This document shows, one piece after another, positions 63,450-64,000 of a DNA stretch of 64,000 nucleotides. How positions within the stretch are numbered: the first letter of the stretch is position 1; each line of letters starts with the position of its first letter. The notes under the pieces are model-generated. The model was not told where the DNA came from. It searched no databases and worked only from the letters and a program-made list of their open reading frames with translations. The position numbers and the translations under genes are program-made. The DNA is taken from assembly GCA_012026655.1 (NCBI GenBank), contig JAAILG010000883.1, forward strand, positions 1 to 64,000, in the 5' to 3' direction. This DNA comes from Hydrolagus affinis. Lineage: Eukaryota.

Positions 63450-63612
63450 TGGCTCAACTTGTAGTTCTCTCTCACCTCTGAGACAGAGGGTTGTGGATCC
63501 CAGCCCTGTGATAGGACCCGAGCTTATTGTTTATAGACTGACATTTCAATTCAGTGCTGGGGGAGCAATGCATAGTCAGAGATACTGTACTTCAGATGAG
63601 ACATTGAACTGA
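63450..63612 (+). mobile_element. Deu-domain SINE 5' half
   Basis: tggctcaacttgtag...cacctctgagacagagggttgtggatcccagccc...tagactgacatt...cagtgctggggga...cttcagatgagacattgaactga. Confidence 0.75.
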
Positions 63613-64000
63613 ATATGTGAGCAGCTCAATCACAAACCATTAAATAGAAAAGAAAATTCCTTGCATCGAAATATCTTAGTTTGATCTGTCCATTTCCTCA
63701 ATGTTTATTGATTCAGAACTGAACGCAGATATGTGAAGTGAATATTTAAATATTCCCACTGCATTTTGCAAGACTTTAAAAAAAAACTGATTTAACATTA
63801 CGGTCCTTGTTACTTGCTTGGAAAGTTTGTGTTACAGATAATACATCCACCACAGCTCGTACTATTGTTTGGGTTTCTATTCAATTGGCTGAAGTTTGTG
63901 GCATCTCATATTGTGTTCCCCAAACAAATTATTATGAATCACCATAAACTGTAAGCCTTTGTGTGATTTCCTTTTTATACAACAGCAGGCGTGACCAGTG

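Overview
This is AT-rich, CpG-depleted vertebrate genomic DNA with one assembly gap (89-221). I found no recognisable intact protein-coding gene, rRNA, true tRNA, CRISPR array or CpG island. The repeat complement includes L2-clade and CR1 LINE 3' fragments, a tRNA-headed SINE with a (TTA)n tail, Deu-domain SINEs, an older dispersed SINE family and Penelope-type hairpins. This points to a cartilaginous fish, probably a holocephalan such as Callorhinchus; that is inferred from recalled repeat consensus sequences, not from a search. The window looks like a very large intron or gene desert. Repeat relics alternate with long repeat-poor, homeobox-motif-rich blocks that may be conserved enhancers. 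Most ORFs in the track are chance or LINE-derived. The most notable items are: (1) a 198-bp hairpin element with a 14-bp target-site duplication (TSD) and a minimal hammerhead-ribozyme core in its loop (43008-43205); (2) an L2 relic with an endonuclease segment inserted inside its reverse transcriptase (50535-51497); (3) an unidentified candidate two-exon coding unit on the minus strand (24293-23234); (4) several clean nested insertions and local duplications.
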